Shown: positions 36,546-49,700, numbered from the stretch's first letter. The stretch is DNA of 52,688 nt from Perkinsus olseni (GCA_013115125.1 JABANN010000006.1:124001-176688), one strand, 5' to 3'. Notes: a model not told the origin generated them from the letters alone. Made by a program: numbers and translations.

Positions 36546-36686
36546 CATGGCCAAGTGCGCATGTACCAACCCTGTCTGTTGCATTCCCTCTCTCGAGTTC
36601 CTTCACCACCTGGGGCCACTGTAGTAGGGCATGACGTCTGAGTGTTAGCCAACAAGAGTCGGCGCTGCACTCAGGATAGAAGAGGC

Positions 36687-37806
36687 ATGTTCCGCCTATC
36701 TACTCGACGATGCTTTCTGCACACCCGGCCCGTGGTCCAGCCCAGAGTCAACCTGCCCGCCACCAGCGAGCTACAAGCTATTCAGACAAGTCTCACTACT
36801 AAGGGGTGAACATCATACTTGCCTATCGTTTTGGGCATAATACTGATTTACTCTTGTCCTCCGTACGTTCAGGTATGCAACCTTAGGGCAGCTTCTCTGT
36901 CCACAACAAGCTCTGACTTTGGCCGATAAGTTCCCAGCCATATTTCGAGGGGAGTTCGATACTGGAGTGTGGGAAAAAGGCCTTGCCGCACCCTGCCGGG
37001 CAGGTTGAGTGTGTTCTCAGCTTCCCAGACGAATGGCATTGGCGAGAAGGCATATCGAAGGAGTCCGCTCCTCGGGAGATCGTGAACGCGTGGAAGGCGG
37101 ATGATACTGTGGCAGGCGTCGTCCTGAGCAGGGAGCTGGGGTCGCTCGTCAAGGCCATCACGGGCTGGGAGTCGGTCAGAGTGGCTCAAGATGACTTGTG
37201 GTGGGCGCTCGTGGCTCACAGTCCGATGCGTCCCGGATGGCAGTGCGTCAGGTGGAAAGCCCCCGCAACAGCCAACAGCGCCACTAAGGGCCACACTGAT
37301 GCGGACTACTTCAATTTTTTCAAAGACAATTCTCTGCTCACCCTGTGGATCGCACTCGATCCCGTCGGAGGGGAAAACTCACCGCTGCAGTACATCGAGG
37401 GAAGCCACCAATGGCCGGTCGGGAGGGACAGTGAAGCCACTTTTCATAGAGGCAGTGAGGAGGCTGGATCGATCCTCACAGGCGGCGAGGACGTGTTCGC
37501 CACCTGTCCCCACCAGTAGCCGCCTCAACACACCAACTGATGTTCCAGTGCATGCTCAGGTATGCTGGTCTAGTCCGTAACGTTTCTGTACCTAGAGGTG
37601 GGTGTTCGTTCCACCTCGGCAACACCTGGCATGGCAGTCCACCTAACAAGGATACCAAGATGCATAGACGATCTCTCGCCATTCACTACATACCGGGTAA
37701 CAACGCCTTCGACCTGAATTTTAAGACTGGCTACATCTACGGCAAGTACCGGATGTCCGACGACGACAGCACGCTGCATGACTGTTTCTTCCCGATCGTT
37801 GGATAA
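36687..37806 (+). CDS. Phytanoyl-CoA dioxygenase (PhyH)-family Fe(II)/2-oxoglutarate oxygenase, probable mitochondrial presequence
   Basis: HxD in GHTDADYF, then LTLWIALD, LQYIEGSH, and the distal His in FHLGNTWHGSPPN...RRSLAIHY. N-terminus MFRLSTRRCFLH is Arg-rich and lacks acidic residues. Confidence 0.88.
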
Positions 37807-38230
37807 TCTTTGTCTACTCGATAATCCACCAATTCTGCGCAGTCACTCTCGCTTTACTTCTAGCCAGCCTTGTGTTGTACCGTATGAGTGTGTAGTCGTA
37901 CCCTCCGATCGCTGCTGTCGCAACACAGTGCTTGATCGAGGTCTGATACAGTTTCTATCATCGCCGAGACCTATAATGTGAAGGGGACAGTTGTCACAAT
38001 GGACTTAGCTGGTCACAACCTTTCTCTAGACTACCCACCGCTAGAAGCGAGCGGTATGTAGTTTACCTTCGCCGGAGATTTTTCGGTTTCAGTATCAGTA
38101 TTAGGCGGCGTTCTCTTGTGAATGAAACTGTGGTATACTACGTACTTGGAGGAACCCTTTAGGAAGGTGATAGTGACTGATCTCAATTTGCCCAATTTGT
38201 GTAGTTTTTTGTCTTGTTGTTTATTTTGAC

Positions 38231-40642
38231 ATGAAGGCATGCAACAAAGCGAGTTGCTGCCGATGCAAACCTTTGGTGTGGTTCATTTTGGCGGCTATAG
38301 CCGTTGTCCTGTCTATTGTCTGTTTCGTCATAGCTATAGTCGCGATGGTGCCGTTTTACAATACCTTCATTGATGGCATCAACTATGGTCGATTCATCGA
38401 TAACACGTACCAGACTACTGATTGCTCTAATATGATTGCTGGTGATTCTACGTGTGGCGGCAAGGCTTACGATGCCTGGCTCATGAGTTCTGATGACCTC
38501 TACAATACGTGCATGAGTCAGCAAGAGCCGTCCTCGAGTGCTGTTGCGCTTGCTTCGGCATGGTGTGATGCCAGTTCCTCCGAAGATTGCTCTAAGGACA
38601 TGTGCCAGAAGGGTATGGAGTACGACTACTATGCCTATAACTTGACCAACCCTGACGAGGTTTTGAAGGGTGCCAAGCCTGTTGTTCAAGAGCTTACTCC
38701 TGTACACACGGCCATGAGCATCACCAAGAACGAATCCTCGGTTGATACCGATCTGTGGAATAAGGAAGGTATCGCCCATTGGCAGGAAAAAGATGAGTAC
38801 GTCTTTTTAAAGGACGATGAGACTGACCTTATGGATCGCAAAGTCACTGTAGGGAACTTCGCCCTTCTCAGTGAACTTGAGGTTGCTGATATGTTTTTGA
38901 ACCCCATCGAGATGATCGAAACTGTTGGCGGTATTGTAGTTTACCATGTGATGGCCAACAACTTCGTTGAGGGGTATGGTAACTTGAGTGCTACTACAAG
39001 ACAGGCCATCGAGAAGGAATACCAGACTCCAGTCAGTGCTATCAAGAGCCAGTACTTTGAAGGTGGTCTCGCGAAGGCTCTGGGCGCTGCCGACGGTGAC
39101 TCTGGTGAATTGTCACTACAGCCCTTCTCAGACTTGTTCGGAAAGAAGTCCGATATGGTATTGCCCACTAGTATGGGTAGCGACTATTTTGGCTATGCTT
39201 TTGGCTGCCCTGCCAAGCAAGATCCGTCCACTGGTAGTTGTAATTTTGACTCGAGCAATGCAGAGGACCAGTCACTTGCGAAGTCTATTGATTCTACGTT
39301 TTCAGCTGGTGCGAAGAGTGCTTTGTGGAACTTGATCTACAACGCCAAGGTCAAGGACACCAAGTCTCTTCTGGCCGCTCTAATGCAGTTGAAGTTGATG
39401 GTGAAGGGCGATGAGCTTAAAGCCTTTCTGACACAAATGAGTTATGCTGGCTCTTATGCCATCTACAATTTACCTTGGCTAAGACACTCTCTGCTGCCTA
39501 TTACTGATCCTTCTTCCGACAAGTACGACTCCGACTACGATTACTACCCGAGGTTCGTGAAGGTGACGGTGGGTGAGTTGCTCGGTTTCAATAATCAGTC
39601 CAAGGTCGATAAGGTGACTGGTATGCCTCTGACGATGGGCCTCACTTCTACCACCAACCCTGTGACGGAGCAGTATCGAGCTAGCTTCGTGGAGGACTGG
39701 ATGGGGCTGTACTACTTCAAGATGTCCAACGGCATGGAGTACAATTGTGCGTTCGATCCCGACTGCCTAGCACAGGATGAGTTCAAGGCGAATGGGACGT
39801 GCACTCCCGATGACAAGTGCCATCCTAACTACGCTGCCGGTTTTGATGTGAAGTACGTGCCGGGTACTCTTAATGGTCACGGTACGGACGACTACCATAA
39901 GGTTGGCGCTATCGATCACATGTTCGTCAGTCCCGTGTTCTCAACAGCCCAGATGAAGCTTACTAAGAAAGACCAGAATTTCAACGGGGCTAACATCGAT
40001 GTCTGGGATCTTGCCGACCTGGCTTTTAGGAACGAAAACTGTGACGGCTCTGGCAATGATAGTCGGGGAATTGATTGTGATTCGCCGTACCTGACTCTGA
40101 ACTTGGGCACGTTCAGCTCGCCTAAGCCGAATTTGGTTAGGACTCCGATATATGCTTCACTGCCTCATTTCTACCAAGTAGACGGCTCCTCCTCGGTGAA
40201 GAACTGGTACCCTGGTGATCGTGTGGAGACGAGGAGTTGCTCGGGCTCTGAGGAGTGTGATGATCCTGAAAGGAACTTCAACTGTGAGATGTGGACTGAG
40301 CCTATCACTGGTGCTCTCTTGAAGGGTGCCTTGAAGCTGCAAATGAACGTCATGATGCCTTCCATTGCTGATACGCAGACTGGCAAGTTGACCGACGAGG
40401 CTTTAATACCAGCTGTGTGGGTTGACGAGCATCAGATGGCATACCCCTACCAGGTTGATTCCATCAAGCAGCTTCAGAGCGCGCCAGGCCTTTTCGAGAT
40501 GGTTATGTGGCTGGGCATTGGCTTTGGTATCTTCTTTCTTCTATGTGCTGGCGTTCTCTTCTACTTCGGCTGGAGACGTCGTCGCGAGCTCAAGAATATT
40601 GGCTTACAGAAGAGGACCTCTGGGGTCACCGAGTTACTCTAA
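38231..40642 (+). CDS. CD36/SCARB/LIMP-2-family class B scavenger receptor-like protein, intronless, 803 aa
   Basis: Transmembrane segments near both ends flank a large Cys/N-glycosylation-site-rich loop. Family motifs YAYNLTNPDEVLKGAKPVVQE, PIYASLPHFY, EPITGALLKGALKLQMN and LIPAVWVDE. Confidence 0.85.
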   Translation: MKACNKASCCRCKPLVWFILAAIAVVLSIVCFVIAIVAMVPFYNTFIDGINYGRFIDNTYQTTDCSNMIAGDSTCGGKAYDAWLMSSDDLYNTCMSQQEPSSSAVALASAWCDASSSEDCSKDMCQKGMEYDYYAYNLTNPDEVLKGAKPVVQELTPVHTAMSITKNESSVDTDLWNKEGIAHWQEKDEYVFLKDDETDLMDRKVTVGNFALLSELEVADMFLNPIEMIETVGGIVVYHVMANNFVEGYGNLSATTRQAIEKEYQTPVSAIKSQYFEGGLAKALGAADGDSGELSLQPFSDLFGKKSDMVLPTSMGSDYFGYAFGCPAKQDPSTGSCNFDSSNAEDQSLAKSIDSTFSAGAKSALWNLIYNAKVKDTKSLLAALMQLKLMVKGDELKAFLTQMSYAGSYAIYNLPWLRHSLLPITDPSSDKYDSDYDYYPRFVKVTVGELLGFNNQSKVDKVTGMPLTMGLTSTTNPVTEQYRASFVEDWMGLYYFKMSNGMEYNCAFDPDCLAQDEFKANGTCTPDDKCHPNYAAGFDVKYVPGTLNGHGTDDYHKVGAIDHMFVSPVFSTAQMKLTKKDQNFNGANIDVWDLADLAFRNENCDGSGNDSRGIDCDSPYLTLNLGTFSSPKPNLVRTPIYASLPHFYQVDGSSSVKNWYPGDRVETRSCSGSEECDDPERNFNCEMWTEPITGALLKGALKLQMNVMMPSIADTQTGKLTDEALIPAVWVDEHQMAYPYQVDSIKQLQSAPGLFEMVMWLGIGFGIFFLLCAGVLFYFGWRRRRELKNIGLQKRTSGVTELL

Positions 40643-41736
40643 GATTTTTGCTTCGATGGCTGCTTGCACCCTTCGTCACGTTTCCGCTTTCGACAACGAC
40701 AATTTCTTATGTTCGTTTGCGTCAGTAATGCCTATTAACCCTTTCATACAATACTGAGATACTGATGAGTGTGGACCGTTTGATCAGCCCTGGACACAAG
40801 ACTCTAGGTGCTTGTTTAGATCTACACGGCTATTGCTTTGTATACGTACTCTAATAGCGGCTCGGGGGATAACCCCACGCCACTGAGTACCAAGTTTGTT
40901 TCTTGCGATTCTATAACAATAGGCGAGTTGGGTTATCGAAGTTGTGAGGGAATGGCGGTCTGGTAGCATCGAGGTAGTGGTAGAGGAAGTAATACCCTTT
41001 TCTCTCTCTTGTTCTATGGCTAGTGGAAGGAGGATAATCTCTGTGCAGCTCGCGTGCTCAGAATGGGAAGGAGAGGACTGTCTCTGTCAGAGCTAGGCAT
41101 CGAGAAGCTCGAACAGTAAAGCGACTTTCTCTCGCTGAAAAAATACATGTCAAGGCACCGATTTGCTGGCGGCGGGATCAGGAAGGTCGAGGAAAATTTC
41201 CCCCTGTAGCTGATCATGGGGAGTACATGAGGCTGTAGATGCCCCTAGCGTTGCGAGAACATTGTGCGGGCTCATTGGGTGACTACGTCCCGTGCGGTGA
41301 ACACGACCCGAAGGGACAATTCGAGGTCTCAAGAAAAACTACTCGTAACTACCCTTAGTCCATCTTCGAGTAGTTCTAAGACTTCAGGCCAACTCTTCGA
41401 AGCGCAGCTGATCCCAAAGCGCGGGAGATCCCCGCCGGGAACACAGGCAAAAAGATCCTGCGCACGCGTTTTAAGCGCATCCATGTGGCGTTAGCAAATC
41501 ACTGAGCCAACGGGAGACAGCGAAGACAGAGAAATATCTGATTAGATCCCGATATTCAAGAATGGTGTGGAAAAGAAAAGGGGACGGCGGTGACATCTTT
41601 CATCGATGCTCGCTTTCAAGACAGCGGTGCAATGAGGTGTCTGAACACCGCGTGAACCGAAGACTTGGCATCCGATTACTCCTTCAAGTCAGACTCGAAA
41701 TCGCCACGAAGGCCGCGTGGCCTTCATGGAAGCAAA

Positions 41737-42990
41737 CTAAAGAGCGTTGATCGCTCCGCCTCGTATAGTTTGATTTCCATACAGAGACGTAACAGGATCC
41801 ACGTTGGCTAAAACTAGGCGCTTGGCCATTGACGGTTCGACATCCATTGACCTCAGGATAGCGAGAAGACCAGCGACGATCGGGGTCGCAGCTGATGTTT
41901 TGCTAAAATATATCCCATCGCCCTAGTCGTTATTCCCGGCGAAAATGCCCGTACCATACGCAGCAACGTCGACTCGTTCACCCCAGTTGGAGTCGTTTCT
42001 GAGCACATTCTGGGTCCTGTTGTTCTCCAGCGCGGCAACACACATACTGTTCGGTCCACCAAACCAGCAAGGATATTGGCCAGACGCCCTTATGCCCTGA
42101 TTCCCAGCCGAGGACACGAGCAGGATACCGCTGTCCTGGGCAGAACGAAGAGCTTTGCACAGCAGACTCTTCTGAGTCAGCCCTAGACGCGTGAAGTGGA
42201 TCCCGAAAGACATCGAAGCGATGTCGACCCTCATATCGATGGCCATGTTGAGTGCCTCCAAAACAGGAGACAAACTTCGACCCGGAGAATCCCTCAACAG
42301 CTGTAGGGGCACCAGTGTGACATTGGGAGCGACTCCAGCGATACCAACCGAGTTGTTTGCTTTAGCAGCCAGGATCCTGCTTACACTGGTCCCATGCGGG
42401 AAGGGAGTCAAATCAGATGTCTTAGTGAAGCAATTCCATCCGCCTTCCAGATAGCCGCCGCTCTGCCTCCTTAGTTTTCCCTTCAAGGGTGCGAGGTCTG
42501 GGTCGGTCCAGTTGATGCCAGAGTCCAAAACAGCCACTTTGACCTTACGGGTGACATGAGGGAAAGCAAGCCTCCAGACTTCACCCATCTGCATCCACTT
42601 CAGATGCCTCTGGAAAAAGGCACCAGGATCGTTTACATTCAAGTCGCCATCGAGGCCATCCGCCGTGATGCCGTTGATATCTTGAGCGCAGTCGGATATC
42701 AGGGAGAGCTTGTCGCTAGCTAAGGTGACGAACTTACAGAGAGTTTCGCTGTCGATGGTGGAAGCTGAGGTCCGGACCACCTGCGAGTGGACATATACAA
42801 GAGTCGCGATCTCCGCGGTTTCCAGGAAGACAGCAACCTCGTTGGGAGTGTGACCGGCATCCCTCATCATTTTAGGAAGGAGGCGGATGTCAACGTCATC
42901 GTCGCCAGACTTAATGGATACGATCGTGTCGCTTGGAGTAGCCGTGGACCCAACCAGGGAGGCGAGGGTGAATGTGGCGGAGAAGCGCAT
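41737..42990 (-). pseudogene. Subtilisin-like S8 serine protease with an in-frame premature TAG before the catalytic Ser region
   Basis: Signal peptide MRFSATFTLASLVGSTA. Catalytic Asp in VAVLDSG, His in HGTSV, oxyanion Asn in SAGN. TAG at 41923-41925, after which the same frame continues GDGIYFSKTSAATPIVAGLLA...GGAINAL*. Confidence 0.8.
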
Positions 42991-43230
42991 GGGAGGGAGT
43001 AGAGAGGCAGAAAAAAACCGAAGGGCTACTGTACTTCTCTGAACACAGGACGAAGTCGGGTCTCCGGGGTTAGCGTGCATTCCGCGGGACACGACACGCA
43101 CGCAGGAAGTGAAAGCTTGACGGGATGGCCACCAGCTCATGGCCACCAGCCACCAACAATCTAGAGAGCTGAGCAGTGAACAGGAGCACGCGGGCGCGAA
43201 GTTCCCAAGTTTCAGATTTTCTGTCTATAT

Positions 43231-43266
43231 CTTGGTGACGTGTGACGGCTTGGTGACGTGTGACGG
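43231..43266. repeat. Perfect 18-bp tandem duplication CTTGGTGACGTGTGACGG x2
   Basis: Directly visible, about 240 bp upstream of the subtilisin ATG. Confidence 0.9.
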
Positions 43267-44042
43267 ATAAGTCAACTGGAGAGAGAGAAGCACTTACGAT
43301 GCTCGACCTCGATGATCGGGTAACCTGCTGGAGCTGACGGTTCTGTGCCGCAACAGGGCTTCGAGGCTTTCTCTCCGAGGGGTGTGGCGAACAGACGGCA
43401 GCTGTTCCCGGGGCAGGCTGATACCGCTATGGCGGGCCAAGATGGCGGCTTCGCCGACGTCACGTCGGGAAGTTCGATGTTTCGCAGCGGACTGGAAACC
43501 TGGCACCACCTCGATCTTGAGGGAAAGCTCTCCACGAGAAGTCGCTCGCAGGCCAACAATGCCCCAGGGTGATCATCCTATAATCGAGCGCCTCTACTTC
43601 GTTGTAGGAGAGAGGGAGCGGAGTAACGTTGTGGTTGCTCAGCAGCTGGCTTGGCGTTCTGCTGAGCTTGGATTAACAAACCCACTCCCCTAGGTGACCT
43701 TGAGTCTCCCAGGAAATTCAAACTCAGTGTGGTTTCCAGCTCCCAGTCAAGTCAGTTCGAATCTGCACTCTCGGCCCGAGAGTCTCGGGAGCGTAGTGAC
43801 TAAACTCTGTATGGTACTGGCATTTGAGGCGATGCCAGAACGCAGTAACCTCATTGAGGTGGCTGGATAGTATCATGGATCGTGATTCTTTATGCTATAA
43901 AGACGGAGGAGCCGGATGTTACTCTCAACCATTGTATCCATAACTCTCATACCAACACTTCACCACATCCTCTAATGATGAGGGCACTGGTAACCAGTGA
44001 CTGGTTCAGCACTCAAAACACAATACGACACAATTCATGAGA

Positions 44043-46169
44043 CTATATCTTCTTGGGTGCCATGCTCAGCAGAACTTCATGGCCACTATTGGACATGTGG
44101 AGGCCGGCGTCATACAACGCTGCTTGCAGGCGGTACCGAGGATCCCTCTCGAGCTCCTCGACTCCGTAGCCATGACGCTCGAAGATCTCTCTTGGCAGCG
44201 GATGCTCACCCTCTGTTTTCTTATGTGGGGGGATCGCAACCAGCCGTTCCGGGTCCGCTGCGGCCCTGACGCCGAACTTCTCCAGGGCGCGTTGAATCCG
44301 GGCTCTTCGCTCCTTGGCTTCTGCTCGAACGAGTTCTCTACCAAATTCGCGTTCCTGCGCCCGAATCGCTGTCATCTTCTCCCGATGAGCTACACGAGCG
44401 GCCAGCACTTTGCTGTTAGCTAGTTTGAGCTTCTTTTCACGGTGCTTCTTCTCGGCGTCTCGCTTAGCCTTCTCCCTTTGAACCTCCTCTCTGCATTTGC
44501 GATGTTCTTGAACTCTCTTCCTCAAGGCCTCAACGTACTGTCGCCTTCTTTCCTGTAAAGTCGCCTTTTTAACCGCCTCGGCATCAGCAAGTTTCTGCGC
44601 GTCCATTCTCTCCCCAGCCTCCCGTGCATGCTTGGACGCCAGAGCATCGTCTAGCCTTTCTCGCAGGACCTGTGCTCTCATCATAGCTTGCGTTCGCTTC
44701 TCCAGAGCAGTGACCGCTTCTGCTTTCTCTTCGAGCCAGGCCTTGTACTCCTTTCTAGCCCCATGTAGCGCTTCGAGCCGCCTTTGACGCCACCGTCGAA
44801 AGACAACCCGCCTTTTTCTCCTCAGAAGACACAGGCGCTGTGATATTCGCTCGATCTCGGAAACTTGTAACTTTGACATCTCGGGTAGAAGCAGTTCAAC
44901 AGGTGTTCTGGTCACTGCATTCTCTCGCCTCCACTGTCCGATATACTCGTCGCACTGTGGGAGGATATTTCTAAGCGCAGCTTTCTCTGTCTCGATCTTT
45001 GCTGAGGATGCTGTTAGCTGTTCGCAGCATTGCTCGTTGATGCCTTCGAGCTGCCTCTGATACATCAGGATGACTTCCGGTGGCTCCAAGTGGCGATTTC
45101 CCTCATCCAGAAGCTCCTCTTCAGCGTCAGATAGATTCTCTTCGTCCCTTGTTGCCCCCACTGTAGTGTGTGCGTTCGATACTATCTCCAGCGCTTCTTT
45201 AATGCTCTCTCTATGCTTGACCGCATCCGCGAAGGGTTCCTCTCCCAGTCGATCGTGCGCGGACTCTACAAGAAGGAGCAGCTCCGCCGTCTTGCCAGCC
45301 CGATTCTCTGGTGCATCAGCTAGGCCCTGTCGCAGAGCCAATATCTGAATGCGCGAAAGCTTGGCAGTTGCCGTGCCTAACGACAGCCGCACACCGGTGA
45401 CAGGAGTGTCTGGGTGAACTCTTCCGTGCTGCGTTCAAGTTGTTCATGGAGTACGTGTATCTCCGGATCGTATCCGGACAAGGCATCGACCGCGGCTCTG
45501 ATCTCGGCATCCAGGTTCCTCTCGGTTTCCACATAGAATCTAAAGGTAACTACTTTACGATGCGGTTAAGTCGTAACTCTGTCGGTGATGAACGGCCCTG
45601 GTCACAACACCATGTTTGTGGCAGCCAGCACGATAACCTCCCGCTAATCAGACAGTTTTTGGGATAAAGTCTCGAAACTCGATTCGAGCCGCCTCCCCCA
45701 ATGTGATGTGTGTTCCAGTAGAGATGGGACACGCTGGATGATGAGAGATAGAGGAGAAGGGACGAGAGTTCAGTGTTTCCCATCCGAAAGCCGTCTCATT
45801 GAGCAGGCAGTGGTGGGCTTCGAAAACCGCTCTGTCTGTGCATACCTCCTAGTCGCCAACCAAGCATCCTTCCGTCTTTGCTCACGGCTGACCCCAACGT
45901 GTTCCCGAATCCTGCCGGTTATACCCTGGACTTTGGCGTGGATCTCCTGGCTGCGGATGCGAGCTTCCTCGAGCGACCGCACCTTCGATGGCATCCCTGA
46001 GTAGACTGTGGAGGTAAGGACACCTCTGAGGGCAAGCAGGTAGCCTCTCCCTTGTCCTACTTAAAGTTGACAGACCGGGCGATGTTCTTGCGTGCCGGGT
46101 CGTGACACTAACCGCGCGCCAAGAAATTAAGGCGACGTGCTCGAGTGGCATCCATTCTGTGCTGACCAT
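44043..46169 (-). CDS. CCDC148: CCDC148-like coiled-coil protein
   Basis: Long charged coiled coil. C-terminus VRAAADPERL...ELERDPRYRLQAALYDAGLH resembles my recollection of the CCDC148 end (DPRxRxxxALxxAGLH). 5' exons uncertain. Confidence 0.65.
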
Positions 46170-46758
46170 CTGAGTCTGAGAGCTTAATGTCCAGGCGTCT
46201 TTCTCACCGTATCAGATTTGTATGATTTCGTTCTCGCTCAAGAAGTGATAGAGAGTATATGTCACAGAGGACAACGTTGACCGGACGTGTGCGCTTCCCT
46301 TCCAATTCTCGGGTAACAAACCAATCCCGACGTGAGTCACGCGTAGCGGGAATTGCGGTATAGGCGCAAGTCGCTGGGAACTTCACTGTTGAGAAGTCTC
46401 ACGCCTACAGCACTGCCCATCATACAGTCCTCACGTCCTGCGTTCGCACGCGGGACACAACCACACAAGAGTTCTCCTTTGCTCGCCCTTACCCCAATGC
46501 GATTTCGAACGCACTTCCTTCCAAAGAGGGACGATCGAACGGGCAGCGATGAGGTTCGATGGGGCGCGATGCCACTTAGTGAGCAGCAAACGAGGCCTTA
46601 CCTGCGCCCAAGCAGCCCTTTTCCGGCTTTATTGTGTGGTATGAACTCGACGGCGTGATGAGGCTTCAAGATGCCGGGAGAGGCGGTGTTCGTGGCAGGC
46701 CTGTGTGTCTCCCTCGAAATCTTCGTTCAGCAGTCGTAGTTAGTAGCCCTCTGTTGTG

Positions 46759-49700
46759 ATGGTGTCTAAGAAGGCTTCTAAGAAGTTCAATAAGGCTAAG
46801 TCCAAGGTGTCCGCCAAGGCAAAACAGAAGGCGAAGTTGACAGAGAAGATCAAGCGTAGAGATGAGATCAAGGAGAGCAAACGGAAAGGTCGTACTGGAA
46901 AACCTGACTGGGTTCCCTTATTGCGGCCATTACTCAGCTAAGCTCACTGAGGCGGAAGTAGAGGCTGGACAGGAGGATATGGACGCAGAGCTCGACGCAC
47001 AGCTGGCTGAGATGGGTAGTATGGTTACGGGGAGGATACTACTGGGCTGGGGTCGCCAACGCCGCCGCGACGAATGCACCCGTGAGGTGGGATGACGGCC
47101 AATTGCTGTGTAGGGTCCGACGATGAGGCTGTCTTCTGCGTACCTGATGGTATGGATGGCGAGGAGGAACTTGTGAAGGCACTCAATGACGGCGAGGATG
47201 ACGAGGAGAAGACGCCAACTGAAGATGGTAATTCCGGTGGCGGTTGTTCAGAGTCCAGACGAATGACTCTTAGGGGCGAACGACGATGAGGCTGCAGCCC
47301 ACAAGAAAGAGCTGGAGGCTCTCAAGGAAACTGATCCGGAGTTCTACAAGTAGGGTCGGGCTCTGAGTGGTCTAACTTACCCTCTGAGCCCGTGATTAGG
47401 TTCCTTCAAGAGACTGACCAAGATCTATTGGAGTTCGGTCACGGAGAGGAGACGGTGGAGGAGAGTTCGGAAAAGGAGGAGAGCAAGCCGAAGGCTAAGG
47501 TTGATGCCGGGGTAGTACACTTTGATTTAAGGGGGGGTGTTGTCCGAATGTTATATAGCTACTGACTCGAGTATGTTGTTGGTGGTCATGTGTATAGACA
47601 TCCTGCATGTGGAGTGCATTGCCCAGTTAGCGTGCTGTTACCTTAATGGTGGTATACTCGGCAGGTGCTCACAATGGATCGGCTGAATCAGCTGACGGAG
47701 GCTGCCGAAGGGAAGAAGGATGGCAACAAGTCTCTCAAGGCATTACGAGCGGTACTCTCTGCTTATCGTGTTGCTAGTCGCATGAGCAAGGGGGAGGCTA
47801 AGGAGGGCGGTGCTTCGGAGGAAGGTAGTCTGGGCAGGATCGAAGCGGTACCATGACCGATTGTTCTCAGGTGAGGAGTCTGCCGCCGCTGGCGTACGCA
47901 TCGAGGACGCAACGGTGTTCAACGCCGTACTAGAGTGGACTCTCAAGAATGTGGGTCCATTGGTAGCCCCTTTGACCCAGGCGTGACGAGGCGTGTTGTA
48001 GGCTCCTGAACTGCTCGATCATCATGATAAGCAAGTGGCTAAGTCTAAGGGAAAGCAGGCTGGTGCTGGCGGTGGGGGCAAGACCTATATGTTGGGTCGG
48101 ATGTTCTGGAGTGAAAGTCTGAATCTATTGCAGCAGCTTACCGACCTCGACACTCAGAAATTCGTAATATTGTGGCTGTTGATGGGTAGCTAGACAGAGG
48201 ATAGGGTAGGTGCTGTGGCAACTGGCAAACGAGAGTGCTTTGAAGTACCTTATGCCGTTGAAGAAGCTGAAGCCATTGGTTATTAATGAGCTATGCAGGA
48301 AGTGGGCTAAGGGAGGTGATAATGTGGTAGAGACTCGCGAGGTCAGGCTCAGTCTCCTCGTTCTTTTCAGCTGCCCAGGGTACAAAGCTTGCGGCCTTCT
48401 CGGTGCTCTATAACTTGGTCGGGCACATCCTTAAGAGTGGTGCCTCGTCTAAGAAGTCTGCTGAGGTTGGACGTGAGGTCGAGGGTATCATGCGACGGAT
48501 GTATAGAGCGTAATAATGGGTATGGTACTTCGGGAGTTGTTGACCATCATCCGGTCGTCGTTGTTCGATGAACACTCCCATACTCGATGGTGAGAGCTGC
48601 GTATAGAGGGGAAGTGACTGTCGACTACTCCGGGAGCGCATCCTATCCGACCCGGTAGGGGGCCGATGGTTCGCGTATTTGGTCTCAAGCCAGCGACTCC
48701 TCCGGCTGGTGCATCTTTGCGATCGACGATAGCTCTTGTCTCTGAGTTTCCATAGCAAGCTTCGTCAGGTATGTCGTATCGTTACAGAGAGTGCCGGCTC
48801 TCACCCATAGACAGCTATCAGCATGTCGGTTCATGGAGAACTGTATTGCAGAGATGCTCACCCTTGAGCCGCAGGCTGCCTATCGGATAGCCTTCACCAG
48901 TAATATCACACCAATCACGACCAGTCTCTACCCAGTTGATGCAACTTCTGTGAGTAGGTATCCGTCAGCTTGGCGTCATTCTCCGGGCTGCTATGAAGGC
49001 CCAGAGCAAGGGTATAAAGTCCATCACGCCGGGTCAAGGTAGTCAACAGTTCTTCTGTATAAAGCATTCTACTGACCTATTTTTGTAGTGGGGGGCTCCA
49101 AGGCGAGCAAGGCTGCTGCCGGTGGTTCTGCTGGGGTGGACTCGGTTCGACAGCTCTACAGTGTGTGCTATGTGAGGAGCTCGGCAGTCTGGGTTGCTGC
49201 GATGGAGCGGCTACCGGAGCAGTTGAAGGACTTGGTAGTAGTGATTGGGTGTGGAGGAGCGGCCATTGTACTGGCGTAGTTGCATCCGTTGATGGTCATC
49301 CTGCTGTCCGCGGCTAAGTCGAAGGAGGGCCACACTGTCTACCTGCCCTTCATGTTGCACATGCTGGAACTTGCCAACTCCCTAGCGGAAAAGACCAACG
49401 TCTTCGCGCCACTTACTTCTCTCTTGGTAAGCGGATGACAGCTAGAGGTGTCAGAATGTTTGAGTTTTGTTCAGCTGCGAGGGCTGTCCAACTTGGCGGC
49501 TAAGGAGAAACAGCAGACGAGTACTCGAAGATCAGCAGCGTCTTCTACGGACTTGAAGCCAACTCAGGTGAGAAGCTTCGCTCCGCCGGTTCAGTTTTTG
49601 TCGAGTGCTGATGTCGTTACTATGCCAGGTTGACCTCGTTGTGAGGGTTTCCGAGAGGCAGCTGGACAACCGTCCGACCAGTCAGGCGTTGCGAAAGTAA

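Noticed and set aside
44164-44184. CCGTAGCCATGACGCTCGAAG resembling the dinoflagellate/perkinsid spliced leader
   Set aside because: Only the first 10 nt match, and it lies antisense within a coding exon rather than upstream of a gene. Likely chance.
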